64,000 nt of DNA from a virus. Shown piece by piece: positions 38,379-48,283 of this stretch (position 1 is the stretch's first letter; every line of letters begins with the position of its first letter). Below the pieces are notes generated by a model. It was given only the letters and a program-made list of their open reading frames with translations, searched no databases and was not told the origin of the DNA. The DNA lies in the IMG/VR virus record IMGVR_UViG_3300050821_013777, positions 57,544-121,543 of that record; one strand, written 5' to 3'. Both the position numbers and the translations under genes were made by a program.

Positions 38379-39368
38379 CTATCGTCTCCTCTTTTTGTCA
38401 CCGTAGCTGCCACTCGGCAGCTTGCGGCTGTGGTACGAGTGCGTATGCTCGATCGGCTCGGCAGTCGCGCGTCGTGCCGACTCGATCGTCTTCGTCAGGT
38501 AGTGCGCGCCGGCCTCATAGTATTTGAGAAGGCCGATCGGAAAACTGGCGAACAGAGCGGCGATTGCTTCGTCGGAACAGCCGGCCTTCACGAGCGCGCA
38601 GACGACGAGCCAGTCTGTCTCCGAGCGCGTCCCTTGCCCTTCGCTCAGGGCGTTCCGCTCGCCCGTGCAAATCGCGTAGCGCACCCCCTCGGGCACACTG
38701 TCCAAGATCTTCTGCATGTCCATCGGCTCTCCGACGGGCACAGGGATCCCTGCCTTGGGCGGTACCGCAGGGCCGGCACCGAGTCGATCGAGCGCGGCGT
38801 TGATCTGTTCGATCGTGTACGCGCGCTCCGGCGCCAGGGCTGTCAAGTAGCACGGTCGCGGCGGCGGGCTCTTCCAGTTATACGTGCCGGGCACGCGAAA
38901 GATGCGGTTCACGTTGAAGATTGCGTCGCTGCCTGTGAACCGACAGAGGCGCTGCCACACGACCTTGGCTTTCACAGGGTCGGCTGGCTCGGACAGGCGA
39001 AAGTACATGTGCACACCGCCGCCGCTGCACGACGTCGCGGTCGGGAGGATGCCGCCGATCCCGAGGCGCTTCTCGACCTCCTCGATCGGTGTCTTCTCGG
39101 GCTGGAGATCGAGACCGACCGTGCTCACGTAGGGGATGTCTGTCTCGAATGCCGACATCTGCGAGCGGGGGTTGAGCCCAACGTACACGCTGTGGCCCTT
39201 GATTGTCTCCTCGATGCAGTGCTCGGCAGCCAGCTCGGCGTAGAAGAAGTAGCTCTTGAACGCACGCTTCTTCGAAGGCATCGACGTGATCTCGATGAGC
39301 GCCTGTGCGTGCGGCGCCGGGTGGATGAGCGAGATGAGCGTCCGGGCGTGTGCAAGTTGGTCCTGCAT
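38379..39368 (-). CDS. RepB-like DNA primase
   Basis: VYVGLNPR, LDLQ, SGGGVHMYF, RIFRVPGTYNWK, RSETDW. Confidence 0.8.
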   Translation of the reverse strand: MQDQLAHARTLISLIHPAPHAQALIEITSMPSKKRAFKSYFFYAELAAEHCIEETIKGHSVYVGLNPRSQMSAFETDIPYVSTVGLDLQPEKTPIEEVEKRLGIGGILPTATSCSGGGVHMYFRLSEPADPVKAKVVWQRLCRFTGSDAIFNVNRIFRVPGTYNWKSPPPRPCYLTALAPERAYTIEQINAALDRLGAGPAVPPKAGIPVPVGEPMDMQKILDSVPEGVRYAICTGERNALSEGQGTRSETDWLVVCALVKAGCSDEAIAALFASFPIGLLKYYEAGAHYLTKTIESARRATAEPIEHTHSYHSRKLPSGSYGDKKRRR

Positions 39369-40972
39369 CAGATCCTCCCGATGTACACAGCGGTCATGAT
39401 CTTACTTCTCGTGGTGGCCGTATATATCCAGCGTCGGCCCTCTTCTTCGTCGGCGCGCACCGACGGCTCGATCACGACGAGTACATACGGATACTCCGAA
39501 CCCTGTGACGAATGTGCCGTCAGACAGTACCCGAACTGCGCGTGCACGTGCGGTGCGAGCGAGTCCCCACCGTAGAGCGATTGTGCTCGCGCCCAGCGAC
39601 TCGCAGCGATCTCGACCGCGCGCGGCCCGGCGCCGAGGCGTCCGTGCAGCTCTTCGACGGCGAGAGTCGCGAGCTTGTTGCTCTCACCAACGTGCGTACC
39701 GCCGAAGCGCGCGTACTCCTCGACGTTCTTGTACTTGTCGTAGATGCGCTCAGGCTGTTCGGGCGGTGCCGCCCAGCCTGTGAAGGGGAACGCCTCACCG
39801 TTCACGAGATCGGCCTCGTAGACGTTCTTCCGGCACATCAGAGGTTCACCCTTCTGCGGCATCTCGTCGTAGATCCCAAGAGAAACACGAAACATTGCAT
39901 TGAGCTGGAAGCGCGTCGCGTTCCGGTGGCAGATGCACACGCCGCCTGCCTTGTACGTCTCGATGGCCACATGACCGAAGTTGCTCAGATCGACATGAGG
40001 TAGCTCGTGTAGCGCAGATAGCCCACGGCCTCCTCGCAACGCCATCGAGGCGCGAATGACAGGCGAGTCGAGGGCCTGACGGGTCACCTCGGTCATCTCG
40101 ACGCGCTCGGCACCCAGCTCCTGTGCGAACTCGGGGCTCAGGATCGAGAACGGTGGGGCGCCGCGCTCCTGTACCGGCGGGAGTTGGAACGCATCGCCGA
40201 CGCAGATGAGCCGCAGGTCGTGCTGCTCACACACGGAATAGACATCCCGCCAGATCTCGGCGGGTACCATTGACGCCTCGTCGAGCACGATGAGCCGCGA
40301 CGCAGGCTTCTCGATCTCCTCGCTGTTGCGACGCACGAACTTCACGCCGCCAGTTTTGGGATCCTCGACGACTTTGTAGATCCAGCGATGGATCGTGCGT
40401 GCGTCGAGCCCTGTCGCCTCCCGGACGCGCAGGGCGCTCTTGCCAGTTGGCGTGATCACGAGCGGGGTACCAAACTCGTGCGCGAAGACCTTGACTATGG
40501 TTGTCTTTCCCACCCCTGAATAACCAGCTACGATCCCGCAGGCGTGCCCGCCGCTCGACATCACCCGACGGCCCATCGCCATCGCCTGCTCCTGCCCCTG
40601 CGTGAGCGCGAACGGGAGAACGGGGCGCGTTGGCGGCGAGGCAGGGACAGGGACAGGAGCAGCCTCGACAACTTCGACTGTCGCACGCCACACTCGCCGC
40701 TCGACCCGCTTGGCCAGCTCCGCGAAGCCCAGCTCGTGCATGCGGAAGATTGCGTTGCGCAGCTCATCACCGCGGAGCGCGTTCTGTGCAACCGCGTGGA
40801 TGAGACCGTTCAGCTCGGCGCGCTTGATACTGTCGAGCGACGAGATCATCCGGTAGCTGTACATTGCGCGACACTGCAGATCGAGTGCAGTCTGTGCGTC
40901 GGTCAGGTCTTTGAGCACGAGCCCACAGGCGGCGCAGTTGGTTGAGACTGGAGTCTGTACGGCGCTCACCAC
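39368..40972 (-). CDS. RecD/Dda-like SF1B helicase
   Basis: GYSGVGKTT, TPTGKSA, TIHR, DEASMV, GDAFQLPPV, GYCLTAHSSQGSE, YTATTR. Confidence 0.9.
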   Translation of the reverse strand: MVSAVQTPVSTNCAACGLVLKDLTDAQTALDLQCRAMYSYRMISSLDSIKRAELNGLIHAVAQNALRGDELRNAIFRMHELGFAELAKRVERRVWRATVEVVEAAPVPVPASPPTRPVLPFALTQGQEQAMAMGRRVMSSGGHACGIVAGYSGVGKTTIVKVFAHEFGTPLVITPTGKSALRVREATGLDARTIHRWIYKVVEDPKTGGVKFVRRNSEEIEKPASRLIVLDEASMVPAEIWRDVYSVCEQHDLRLICVGDAFQLPPVQERGAPPFSILSPEFAQELGAERVEMTEVTRQALDSPVIRASMALRGGRGLSALHELPHVDLSNFGHVAIETYKAGGVCICHRNATRFQLNAMFRVSLGIYDEMPQKGEPLMCRKNVYEADLVNGEAFPFTGWAAPPEQPERIYDKYKNVEEYARFGGTHVGESNKLATLAVEELHGRLGAGPRAVEIAASRWARAQSLYGGDSLAPHVHAQFGYCLTAHSSQGSEYPYVLVVIEPSVRADEEEGRRWIYTATTRSKIMTAVYIGRI

Positions 40973-41517
40973 TTCCTGCCCTTCCCTGTATCGAACACAG
41001 GCCCACGCACGTCGACGCCAGCCACGAGCCGCTCTTCGATCCCTGCGCGCACGAGTGCGTCGCCGACGTTCATCGTGATGATACCCTGCCGCTGGGCGAG
41101 CCCGAACGTGTGACGCGTTCCACTCTTACCCGCGCCCATATATCCGAACACGCAGTGCACGTCGTCGACAATCATCGCGTTTCGCGCGAGCAGGGGAAGT
41201 TGTGCTCCTGTACCTAACGGCGCCGAGTTGGCGATGGCCAGCTGCACATAACGAGCGTGGTCAGTTGGGCGAAAAGTGCAAATCTTGTTCTTGGGATGGA
41301 TCGCCTGCGCCTCGAAGTTGGCCCACGGCAGGAACAGAATGACGCGCGCCGGGTCGACCGTGTTCGCACCGCGCGCCCACGCCTGATCGGCGCCGGGCGC
41401 GTTCCCAGAGACGATGCCGTACCCGGCCGAGACGAGTTTGGCAGCGGTCTCTTCCATCCACGTGAGGATCGGCGCGGGCGTGAGGCGAGAACCGACGCAG
41501 GCGATCGATCTGGTCAT
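40966..41517 (-). CDS. DprA/SLOG-family protein
   Basis: ACVGSR, VSGNAPGAD, ARNAMIV, SGT. Confidence 0.75.
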   Translation of the reverse strand: MTRSIACVGSRLTPAPILTWMEETAAKLVSAGYGIVSGNAPGADQAWARGANTVDPARVILFLPWANFEAQAIHPKNKICTFRPTDHARYVQLAIANSAPLGTGAQLPLLARNAMIVDDVHCVFGYMGAGKSGTRHTFGLAQRQGIITMNVGDALVRAGIEERLVAGVDVRGPVFDTGKGRKW

Positions 41518-41575
41518 GAGGCTCCTTCATCGGCGAGTCGCGCGATCACGTCTGCGAAGAGTGTCCAGACGAGAT

Positions 41576-41773
41576 TCACCACGTATCCTCTCGTCCACGG
41601 AACTCTGCTTCGTCGGCGACTTCTTCGATCTGCGCTTCGGATTCGTTCGTGGCCTGATCGGCAGCGTCTCGCGACTCGAACAGCTCCGCCTCGGGATGCT
41701 TCGTAGTCCAGCTCTTACCCGCCGTCAGGTACAACCACGTCTGGTCCATGGGCACGTACACTGCGAACCTCAC
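41576..41773 (-). CDS. hypothetical protein
   Basis: Coupled small ORF. Confidence 0.45.
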   Translation of the reverse strand: MRFAVYVPMDQTWLYLTAGKSWTTKHPEAELFESRDAADQATNESEAQIEEVADEAEFRGREDTW

Positions 41774-42114
41774 GCGTCACTCCTCTTGATCCTGAAACCC
41801 TTCTCAGTCAGCGCCACGATGATCAGGACGACGTTCTTTCGAACTTCCGAGGTCTCGAACATCTCCTGACGCTCCCCATTGTCACCTGTGTTCCACCAAG
41901 CCGACGCGTCCGCCCACTGCTTGATGACCGTGACCGTGTCGAGATCATGCGCCCCGAGATCGAGATTGAACTCCTTGCCCGCCTGCTGGACAGTGACGAA
42001 CAGCTTGCTGGGCAGCGGGCGGATGAAGATCTCGTCCGGTGTGAAGCCGAGCTTGCGGAACACTTCGTGCACGGCGAGCGCCTCACGAATGATCGGATGG
42101 GTCGGCGCGGTCAC
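41770..42114 (-). CDS. hypothetical protein
   Basis: GTGA-coupled start (MTAPTHP), AGGAGG upstream. Confidence 0.55.
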   Translation of the reverse strand: MTAPTHPIIREALAVHEVFRKLGFTPDEIFIRPLPSKLFVTVQQAGKEFNLDLGAHDLDTVTVIKQWADASAWWNTGDNGERQEMFETSEVRKNVVLIIVALTEKGFRIKRSDA

Positions 42115-42332
42115 CCTGCACCTCCTGGTTGCGGCAGCCCTTCGACCTTGCCCAAGTCCTTCAAGATCTTTTGCCCCGCCGCGATCATGTCCTCGGCGTG
42201 GTGCTTGAGCGTCTGGACGTTCGCCGGGTCGAGCTGGTCGTGCGTGCGGCCCCAGATCACCAGCACCGACATGATGTTGTCGAGCCGACCAATCGTGAGG
42301 TCGAAGTCGTCCTGCTGTACCTGCTGTATCAT
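42111..42332 (-). CDS. hypothetical protein
   Basis: Coupled small ORF. Confidence 0.55.
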   Translation of the reverse strand: MIQQVQQDDFDLTIGRLDNIMSVLVIWGRTHDQLDPANVQTLKHHAEDMIAAGQKILKDLGKVEGLPQPGGAG

Positions 42333-42844
42333 TGCGACAGACTCCCTTCGCGCTGCATGACGCCCCAGTGCAGCTCAATTGGCGTGCTGTAGCCGAGTCG
42401 AGACGGATGGCGGGGAGCACCGGACTTTGTATGACCGATACAGAACACTTCAGCCTCGCGCACAGCGTACGCGATCCTGGGAAGCCGCTCGCGTACCAGC
42501 TTCGGTGGACCGCTGTCGCCCCACCCTGCGACAATACCTGTTGCGCCCACCGCGAGCTGCAGGATCCACTTGTCGTTGTCCGGCCCGACCGGATCGGCAG
42601 CCTGCTTCAATTCAGTTGGGTAGGTCGTCCTGAACGCGAACATGTTGACGACGTAGAGATCGCTGTAGCCCCACTTCGTAGCAAAACCAACGCACTTACG
42701 AATCGTCGTGTCGTCTTCAAGCGCATCCGCAGTCGATGGGTTGAGCATGATCCACAGGAGATAGCCTGGCCCATCGCGCCACTTTCGACGCAGCCAGTAG
42801 CGGTACAGTCCGTCGGGACTGATGAGAGCGGAACGTTCCATCAC
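42329..42844 (-). CDS. DUF1643 family protein
   Basis: YRYWL.R.W, IMLNPSTAD, NMFAFR.T.P, WG, PRHP. Confidence 0.88.
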   Translation of the reverse strand: MMERSALISPDGLYRYWLRRKWRDGPGYLLWIMLNPSTADALEDDTTIRKCVGFATKWGYSDLYVVNMFAFRTTYPTELKQAADPVGPDNDKWILQLAVGATGIVAGWGDSGPPKLVRERLPRIAYAVREAEVFCIGHTKSGAPRHPSRLGYSTPIELHWGVMQREGSLSQ

Positions 42845-43047
42845 GGTCGGTAGCCTTTCTCAGGCGCCCGCCCCGACCCTTTGCACGTCGGGCACGTTGT
42901 GCTGTGCGGACCGTCAGCGTCATGATCGACGCGGTACTTGTCGCGATCGACGCTGCCCGAGCCTTTGCACTCGGTGCACGCCTTGCCGAACGTGGCGTCA
43001 AAGTTGTCGCGGTACTCTTTGGTCGCTGGCCTCGTGACGATCGCCAT
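42841..43047 (-). CDS. small DnaJ-like zinc-finger protein
   Basis: CTECKGSG...CPTCKGSG. Confidence 0.55.
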   Translation of the reverse strand: MAIVTRPATKEYRDNFDATFGKACTECKGSGSVDRDKYRVDHDADGPHSTTCPTCKGSGRAPEKGYRP

Positions 43048-43280
43048 CAGGCTCTCCTCGGGTAGTGACCGGTGTTCCGGCGTGTGGTCTCACTGCTGTT
43101 CATGCGCTTCAGCTTCATGACGAACGTCGATCGCTTGAAGCCGAGCAGCGCAGCTGCCTCTTTCCTTACGTCGTCAACTGCAGCCAACGCCTCGCCGACG
43201 TATGCCTCTTCGATCGCAGCGAGGAACTCGGGTAGATCAATCGGCAGTGGCGGAAGCTGGATATCACGTACGACTGGCAT
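43047..43280 (-). CDS. stand-alone Fis/NtrC-type HTH protein
   Basis: IDLPEFLAAIEEAYVGEALAA....KEAAALLGFKRSTFVMKLKR. Confidence 0.7.
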   Translation of the reverse strand: MPVVRDIQLPPLPIDLPEFLAAIEEAYVGEALAAVDDVRKEAAALLGFKRSTFVMKLKRMNSSETTRRNTGHYPRRA

Positions 43281-43632
43281 CGACGCTCCTCGGCAAAGTG
43301 TTCTCGAACCGCTCATGCTGCTCGCCAACCAGCTCGAAGTCGGTGAGCGATCGGTCGTGTATTGTGTGCACACGCAGCGCGAGATTGTTGCCTGGCCCGA
43401 GCTGATGTGCGAGCCAGCCGACACATGGCAGCTCCTTGCCAAGCATCGTCTCGTGACAGGCCATCATCCGAAGTACCTTGCCCCCGAGTGCGAGCGCGAT
43501 GCTGTTCGGATCGGTATGGTCGGCGAGCGTGTTCTTCAGGTTCGCATGCCGCACGGGGCAGTAACCGTTCGGGATGTCGTGGGGGTCGACGTCGACACGC
43601 CACGGACACTTTTTGCATTGGCGCCTCATCAC
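43264..43632 (-). CDS. Cys/His-rich protein (DUF6283-like)
   Basis: CKKCPWR, MACH, CVGWL. Confidence 0.6.
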   Translation of the reverse strand: MMRRQCKKCPWRVDVDPHDIPNGYCPVRHANLKNTLADHTDPNSIALALGGKVLRMMACHETMLGKELPCVGWLAHQLGPGNNLALRVHTIHDRSLTDFELVGEQHERFENTLPRSVDASRT

Positions 43633-46067
43633 ACCACCGCCCAGTTCGGCCCGGCCTTGGGCTCAGCCGGGAACAACATGGCGCCCATCTTGCGCTCCAT
43701 GCACTGACGCACGAGCCGCTTCACATCCTCTTTCTCGCGCTCCGCGCATTCGACCACGAGCTGATCGTGCCCGTTGATCAGCAGCCCGCGGTGGTTCGCG
43801 TAGTCGAATGGGTAGGCGCGCACGAGCTGACGAATCGATTCGTTCTGCATAGTTGCACAGGAGCCTTGAACATCATGGTTCGGCATCTCCGTCGGCTTCT
43901 CTCCGCCCACGAAGAACCGCTTGCGGCCCCCGATGCGCGTCGCGATCGATCCTGTGCTGCGCCAGCCGTAGATGAGCTTCTTCTTCCACTCAGGGATAGA
44001 CGGGTGCAGGTTCCACCAGAGCGTGTAGAGACGCTGGACCTCCGCCAGCGTGATGCCAGGGAACATCGGGTTGAGGTTGTCGTCACGGAGCAGCGATAGC
44101 GTCTGGTAGATCTTCGGAGGCTCAGCGTCGTAGTTCAGCGCGTAGACGAAGCGCTTGATGAAGGTACGAATCCCTTTCGTCACCTGCTCGGGAGCACACT
44201 TGAACACGGTACAGGCGTTCGCGATGTGCACGTCGGGGCCGGTGCCGGCGTCGAAGGCGCGGAACGCTTCGATCAACGGCGCGTCATTCGCGAGCCAGGC
44301 GATCATCCGCAGCTCGACAGCCTGCATGTCGGCCGCGACCAGGACGTTGCCCGGCTTCGCCACGTACATCGCGCGCAGCGCATCGATGATGTTCTGTGCG
44401 TTGGGGTCGTTCGAGCCCCAGCGCCCCGAGCGCTTGCCAGGACGCCACACAGGTCGCACGCAGCCGTCGGTGTGAATCGTGGGGCCGCCTTCGAGCCTGC
44501 CCTCCACCACATGGCCCGTGTACGTGCCGAGGATCTTCTCGGCTTCGCGACAGCCGAGAAGCGCGTGGATGACCTTGCGTGCCCGGTCGTCGACACCGAG
44601 CGAGAGCAGGTCGATGAGCGTGCTCTCGTCAGTTGACGGGTCGCCACCGTCCGTGACGTGCTCATCTAGCATCGGCAGCCCGAGATCACGATAGAGCAGG
44701 GCCTGAACCTGCTTCGGTGAGTTCGGATTCACCTCGCGGCCAGCAACTTCATTCAGCTCACGCGCGAGCCGATCGGCCTTCTCCTGGTACTCGACAGCGA
44801 ACTTCATCCGCGCAGCCTGATCGACGTAGAGCCCCATCGCCGACATGCTGCGGCCGATCTGGAACAGCTCCTTGTCGAGCGAGTAGATCGGCATCTGCTG
44901 CGCGGATACGAGGTTCGACTCGACGTACGGCATGCATGACCACGTCGTCGCGATGTCGAACGAGAGGTAGCGGTCGAGCACGCCATCGTCGCGGACGTTG
45001 GAATGTTTTACATCGTCCTTCCATCGCGGCGCGTCCGTGTAGATGCTCGCGAGGAAGTCCAAACCGTGTGGCAGCTCGGAGGTCTGTCCGATCTGATGGG
45101 CTATAAGTGAATCCGCGATTTTTTCGTCAGGCATTGGCATCCCGTGCCGGTAGAGGACCACGGAGTCGAAGACGATGCCGTTGTGCGTGTCGAGACGGGG
45201 CGCGCGCTGGAAGTAGGCGCCGATCGCTCGGGCCTGCTGCACGATCTCGTCCTGATGAAGCATGTACTGGCCGTGCACGGAGAGCGGGGAGTAGATCATC
45301 ACCTCCCGCGCATTGCCGATGCCGATGCGCCGCAGGTTGCACGTCCAGGTGTCGACCCCGTCGGTCTCGACGTCGACAGCAGCGCGCTCGGTCTGTGTCG
45401 CCAGGAAGTTCTCGACCTCCGCCGCTGACCGCGGAACGAAGTACCAGGGGTCCTTCCATGTGCTGCCACCGCGGCTGATGCGCACGCCCTTCGCGACGTC
45501 AGCGTGGAAGATGCTCCGCATGACCCGACCCTCGTCGCGAAGCACAAACGCGGCGTGCGGCGTTGCTATCGCAGGCGTCCCGTTCGGGAGAACCGCCGGT
45601 GTGCCCCGGATCTGCATCACGCTCTGCTTGAGCCCCACAGCCTGTACCGCGGCGCCGCCCATCATGACCACGTACTGCAGGCCCTGCATCTCGCGTTCGA
45701 GCCGCGGGCGGCACAGATCGATGGGGGAGGGGAGCCCCTGCTTCTTGCACTGTTGCAGGAACGCTTTGAGCACGCCTGGGGGCTGGCACTGCATGGCATT
45801 AAGCAGGGCAACACGACTTATATCGACGCCTGCATTCTGGAGCGCTGTGCGGATCTCGCGGCCGGAAGCTCCGCAGAGGGTTCTGCCTTCAGCGACTTCT
45901 GTTGATCCAGGAGCTTCCGCGACCACCGCGAGCGTCGCCCCAGCCGGCCTAGTCGACGGCACGGGTCCACGAGCTGTATTTGCACACGGGCAAAGGTCGC
46001 AGCGTGCACCGAGCGCCATGGCTTCGTAGTGCTGTGGCCCTGGAACGTTGACTGCTACGACCGTCAT
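43629..46067 (-). CDS. family A DNA polymerase with N-terminal uracil-DNA glycosylase (family 4-like) domain
   Basis: CDLCP, AEAPG..E, LLN..C.P, TPHAA (UDG); AVDVET, HNG.VFD (exonuclease); SGRWGSNDPNAQN, ADMQAVELR, KRFVYALNY, GHDQLV (polymerase). Confidence 0.9.
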   Translation of the reverse strand: MTVVAVNVPGPQHYEAMALGARCDLCPCANTARGPVPSTRPAGATLAVVAEAPGSTEVAEGRTLCGASGREIRTALQNAGVDISRVALLNAMQCQPPGVLKAFLQQCKKQGLPSPIDLCRPRLEREMQGLQYVVMMGGAAVQAVGLKQSVMQIRGTPAVLPNGTPAIATPHAAFVLRDEGRVMRSIFHADVAKGVRISRGGSTWKDPWYFVPRSAAEVENFLATQTERAAVDVETDGVDTWTCNLRRIGIGNAREVMIYSPLSVHGQYMLHQDEIVQQARAIGAYFQRAPRLDTHNGIVFDSVVLYRHGMPMPDEKIADSLIAHQIGQTSELPHGLDFLASIYTDAPRWKDDVKHSNVRDDGVLDRYLSFDIATTWSCMPYVESNLVSAQQMPIYSLDKELFQIGRSMSAMGLYVDQAARMKFAVEYQEKADRLARELNEVAGREVNPNSPKQVQALLYRDLGLPMLDEHVTDGGDPSTDESTLIDLLSLGVDDRARKVIHALLGCREAEKILGTYTGHVVEGRLEGGPTIHTDGCVRPVWRPGKRSGRWGSNDPNAQNIIDALRAMYVAKPGNVLVAADMQAVELRMIAWLANDAPLIEAFRAFDAGTGPDVHIANACTVFKCAPEQVTKGIRTFIKRFVYALNYDAEPPKIYQTLSLLRDDNLNPMFPGITLAEVQRLYTLWWNLHPSIPEWKKKLIYGWRSTGSIATRIGGRKRFFVGGEKPTEMPNHDVQGSCATMQNESIRQLVRAYPFDYANHRGLLINGHDQLVVECAEREKEDVKRLVRQCMERKMGAMLFPAEPKAGPNWAVV

Positions 46068-46717
46068 GCCGCGCCTCGCAACGGACGCATCACGGCATCC
46101 GTGTTGGACCATCCCCATCGGTCGATTCGTGCAAGAATCGTTGATATGCCGATTCCGCGTCTCCTCGCCCACACCATCGCAGGCGCCTGTTCACCGTGAA
46201 CAGTGAGGATCCTGTTGCTCGATCTGTTCAGGGACTGTTCAGCGTTCGTCGCCCAGCACACATTCCCCGGTACGTATCCGCGCTCGTTGTTCTTGCGTTC
46301 GAGCATGTACTTCGGCCCTGGAGCCTTCCCTACGTCACGCAAGAATCTGACAAACGATTTTCGCCAGACAGGTGCGACAGTTATCCCTCGTCCACCATAG
46401 CGTGGCCACTTCGATGCTTTCGGATTTGTGCAGCGGTTGATCATGCCAGACCAGGCACGATACTCCTTAGTCCTGTCGTACTTCCCACCCTGTCCATGCG
46501 CGTATCTAACTGCTTCTTTTCCTCGTCTTTTTCGCCAGCAGCCGCATGACACGATCAATTTAGCTAGTAGCTTGTCTGTTGCTACTGTCGTGACGTTTCC
46601 ACACGCGCAGATGCATCTCCAACCAGCACGGTTGGGGGTTCGCGCGGGCTCCACTGCCGTCAGTCGGCCAAACCTATGACCGCGCAGATCATGCCGCCTG
46701 GCTCTCTGCGCGCTCAT
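46064..46717 (-). CDS. phage HNH-type endonuclease
   Basis: DLRGHRFGRLT, CICACGN, SCGC, W.GM..RC, YGGRGI.V, LERKNNERGYVPGNVCWAT. Confidence 0.82.
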   Translation of the reverse strand: MSAQRARRHDLRGHRFGRLTAVEPARTPNRAGWRCICACGNVTTVATDKLLAKLIVSCGCWRKRRGKEAVRYAHGQGGKYDRTKEYRAWSGMINRCTNPKASKWPRYGGRGITVAPVWRKSFVRFLRDVGKAPGPKYMLERKNNERGYVPGNVCWATNAEQSLNRSSNRILTVHGEQAPAMVWARRRGIGISTILARIDRWGWSNTDAVMRPLRGAA

Positions 46718-46856
46718 CGACGGCGCACCAACAACTTCGCCACGCAGCAGAGCGCACCGAACGCAAGCGCCGTGCTGCGGAGCTGCGGACTTGGTTCCGC
46801 CACCAGCACGATCACACACGCCAGCAGGATGGCGATGTTGAAGTGATCGCGCGTCC

Positions 46857-47069
46857 TCACCCTTCGGCTCCATCAATCGCTGCGAGCACGACGCAGGCAC
46901 AGGCCATCCGGTGCCCATCGCTGCAGCGCTCTTTTTCCTCGCGTCGCAACCGCTCGATCTTATCAGCGCGAGCCGCCAGCTCCTCAGACAAATGCCGCCG
47001 CGATCCGGCCAGCACCTCTGCCGCTCGGCGAAGCAGTTGAATTGTCGAGGCACTGGCGGCGGTCGGCAT
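46857..47069 (-). CDS. hypothetical protein
   Basis: Small co-oriented ORF. Confidence 0.4.
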   Translation of the reverse strand: MPTAASASTIQLLRRAAEVLAGSRRHLSEELAARADKIERLRREEKERCSDGHRMACACVVLAAIDGAEG

Positions 47070-47147
47070 CGCTATTTCGCCTTTCGCATTCTACGCACGG
47101 GGTGTTGTACCGAAGACATGGCCGGTCAATTTAATCAGCGCTGGCAT

Positions 47148-48011
47148 CTATCCATTCAGCAACAGACGCTGTTGATCCGCGGCAAAAGTCACGTTCGTCA
47201 GTCCACGGTCGATGCACACTTGAAACAGGGCTGCTGCGGCAAGGCGGTACGTCGCGAGATCGATGCGACCTCGCATGAGCGCGTAGCGAAACAGAAGGAA
47301 CGATGTCTTAGCTGCGTCGGCCGTGCAGTAGAGCTGGATCTTCGCGTGCTCGCCATTCGCATACATGGCCCTTACCTTGGTCCCATCGACCTCGCCCTTC
47401 GCAGGCAAGCCGATTACCTGAGCAAGTGCGTCGAGGCTGAAGCCAGTTCGTCCAAGCGCGCCGTACTCCGTGATCGCGTCGAACAGGTCTAGGTGGTGTT
47501 CCTCCGCGTAGCGCCTGCGATGTTGCACCGTATTCCAGTGCTGTGAAAGCCCCAACCGCAACGAGCGGAGGCCGAGCACAGGCACATCGAAGGTACGTCC
47601 GTTGAACGTCACGACGGTTCCCGGTATCTGCGCGAGCCACGCAGAGAAATCGTTGATGAGCTTCGGCTCATCGTCGTGACCGACGCAGCCGATGTGTTGC
47701 AGGTTCAGCGCATCATCGAAGAGCGCAAACCCGATCGCGATCACACGATGGGCGTATAGTGGCGGGAAGGGCTCCTTCGGCGGCTCGTTCGGATCGACCG
47801 GCTTCTTTCGCGAGCGCGACTTCTTCGCAGGCGTACCGACGGGTGGGATCACGATGCCGCTGTCAGTAGACGGCGTGGCGGCTGGGGCTCCGACAATGGT
47901 CAACTGTCCTGGCAGGGGCGCAGCGGGATTGGCCGGCGGCGGATCGACAGGCGGCGGGGTCCAAACTGACAGGTCGGGGATGGTTTCGATATCGAACACG
48001 AGATACGACAT
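47148..48011 (-). CDS. PolB-like 3'-5' exonuclease (DnaQ fold)
   Basis: VFDIET, TFNGRTFDVP, HLDLFD, YCTADA. Confidence 0.88.
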   Translation of the reverse strand: MSYLVFDIETIPDLSVWTPPPVDPPPANPAAPLPGQLTIVGAPAATPSTDSGIVIPPVGTPAKKSRSRKKPVDPNEPPKEPFPPLYAHRVIAIGFALFDDALNLQHIGCVGHDDEPKLINDFSAWLAQIPGTVVTFNGRTFDVPVLGLRSLRLGLSQHWNTVQHRRRYAEEHHLDLFDAITEYGALGRTGFSLDALAQVIGLPAKGEVDGTKVRAMYANGEHAKIQLYCTADAAKTSFLLFRYALMRGRIDLATYRLAAAALFQVCIDRGLTNVTFAADQQRLLLNG

Positions 48012-48016
48012 GGTCT

Positions 48017-48214
48017 TTAGCGTTCCTCCAGCATGAGTTTTTCGATCGCGAGCTTCAGCAGCTCATCGTCCGTGAGCTTCTTCTTCCCGCGCACATGCGC
48101 CTTGTAGCGCTTCTTGATCTCAGCGAGATCTCGCTGGACCAACCACTCCCGTTCACCCTCGTACGCCTGACACATCTCGCGCTCCTTCAAAGAGAACGCC
48201 CCGCGACGCAACAC
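48017..48214 (-). CDS. hypothetical protein
   Basis: Small co-oriented ORF; start uncertain. Confidence 0.45.
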   Translation of the reverse strand: MLRRGAFSLKEREMCQAYEGEREWLVQRDLAEIKKRYKAHVRGKKKLTDDELLKLAIEKLMLEER

Positions 48215-48283
48215 AGACAGCCATCAAGGTGGATAGCCTCCGATGTGTACGCTTCGCCTTATGCGCGCCGCGGGGCTAAAGAG

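Noticed and set aside
38082-39575. Long plus-strand ORFs antisense to replication genes (also 48095-49303, 52122-53111, 31269-32666)
   Set aside because: They lie opposite better-supported genes and show no recognisable motifs.
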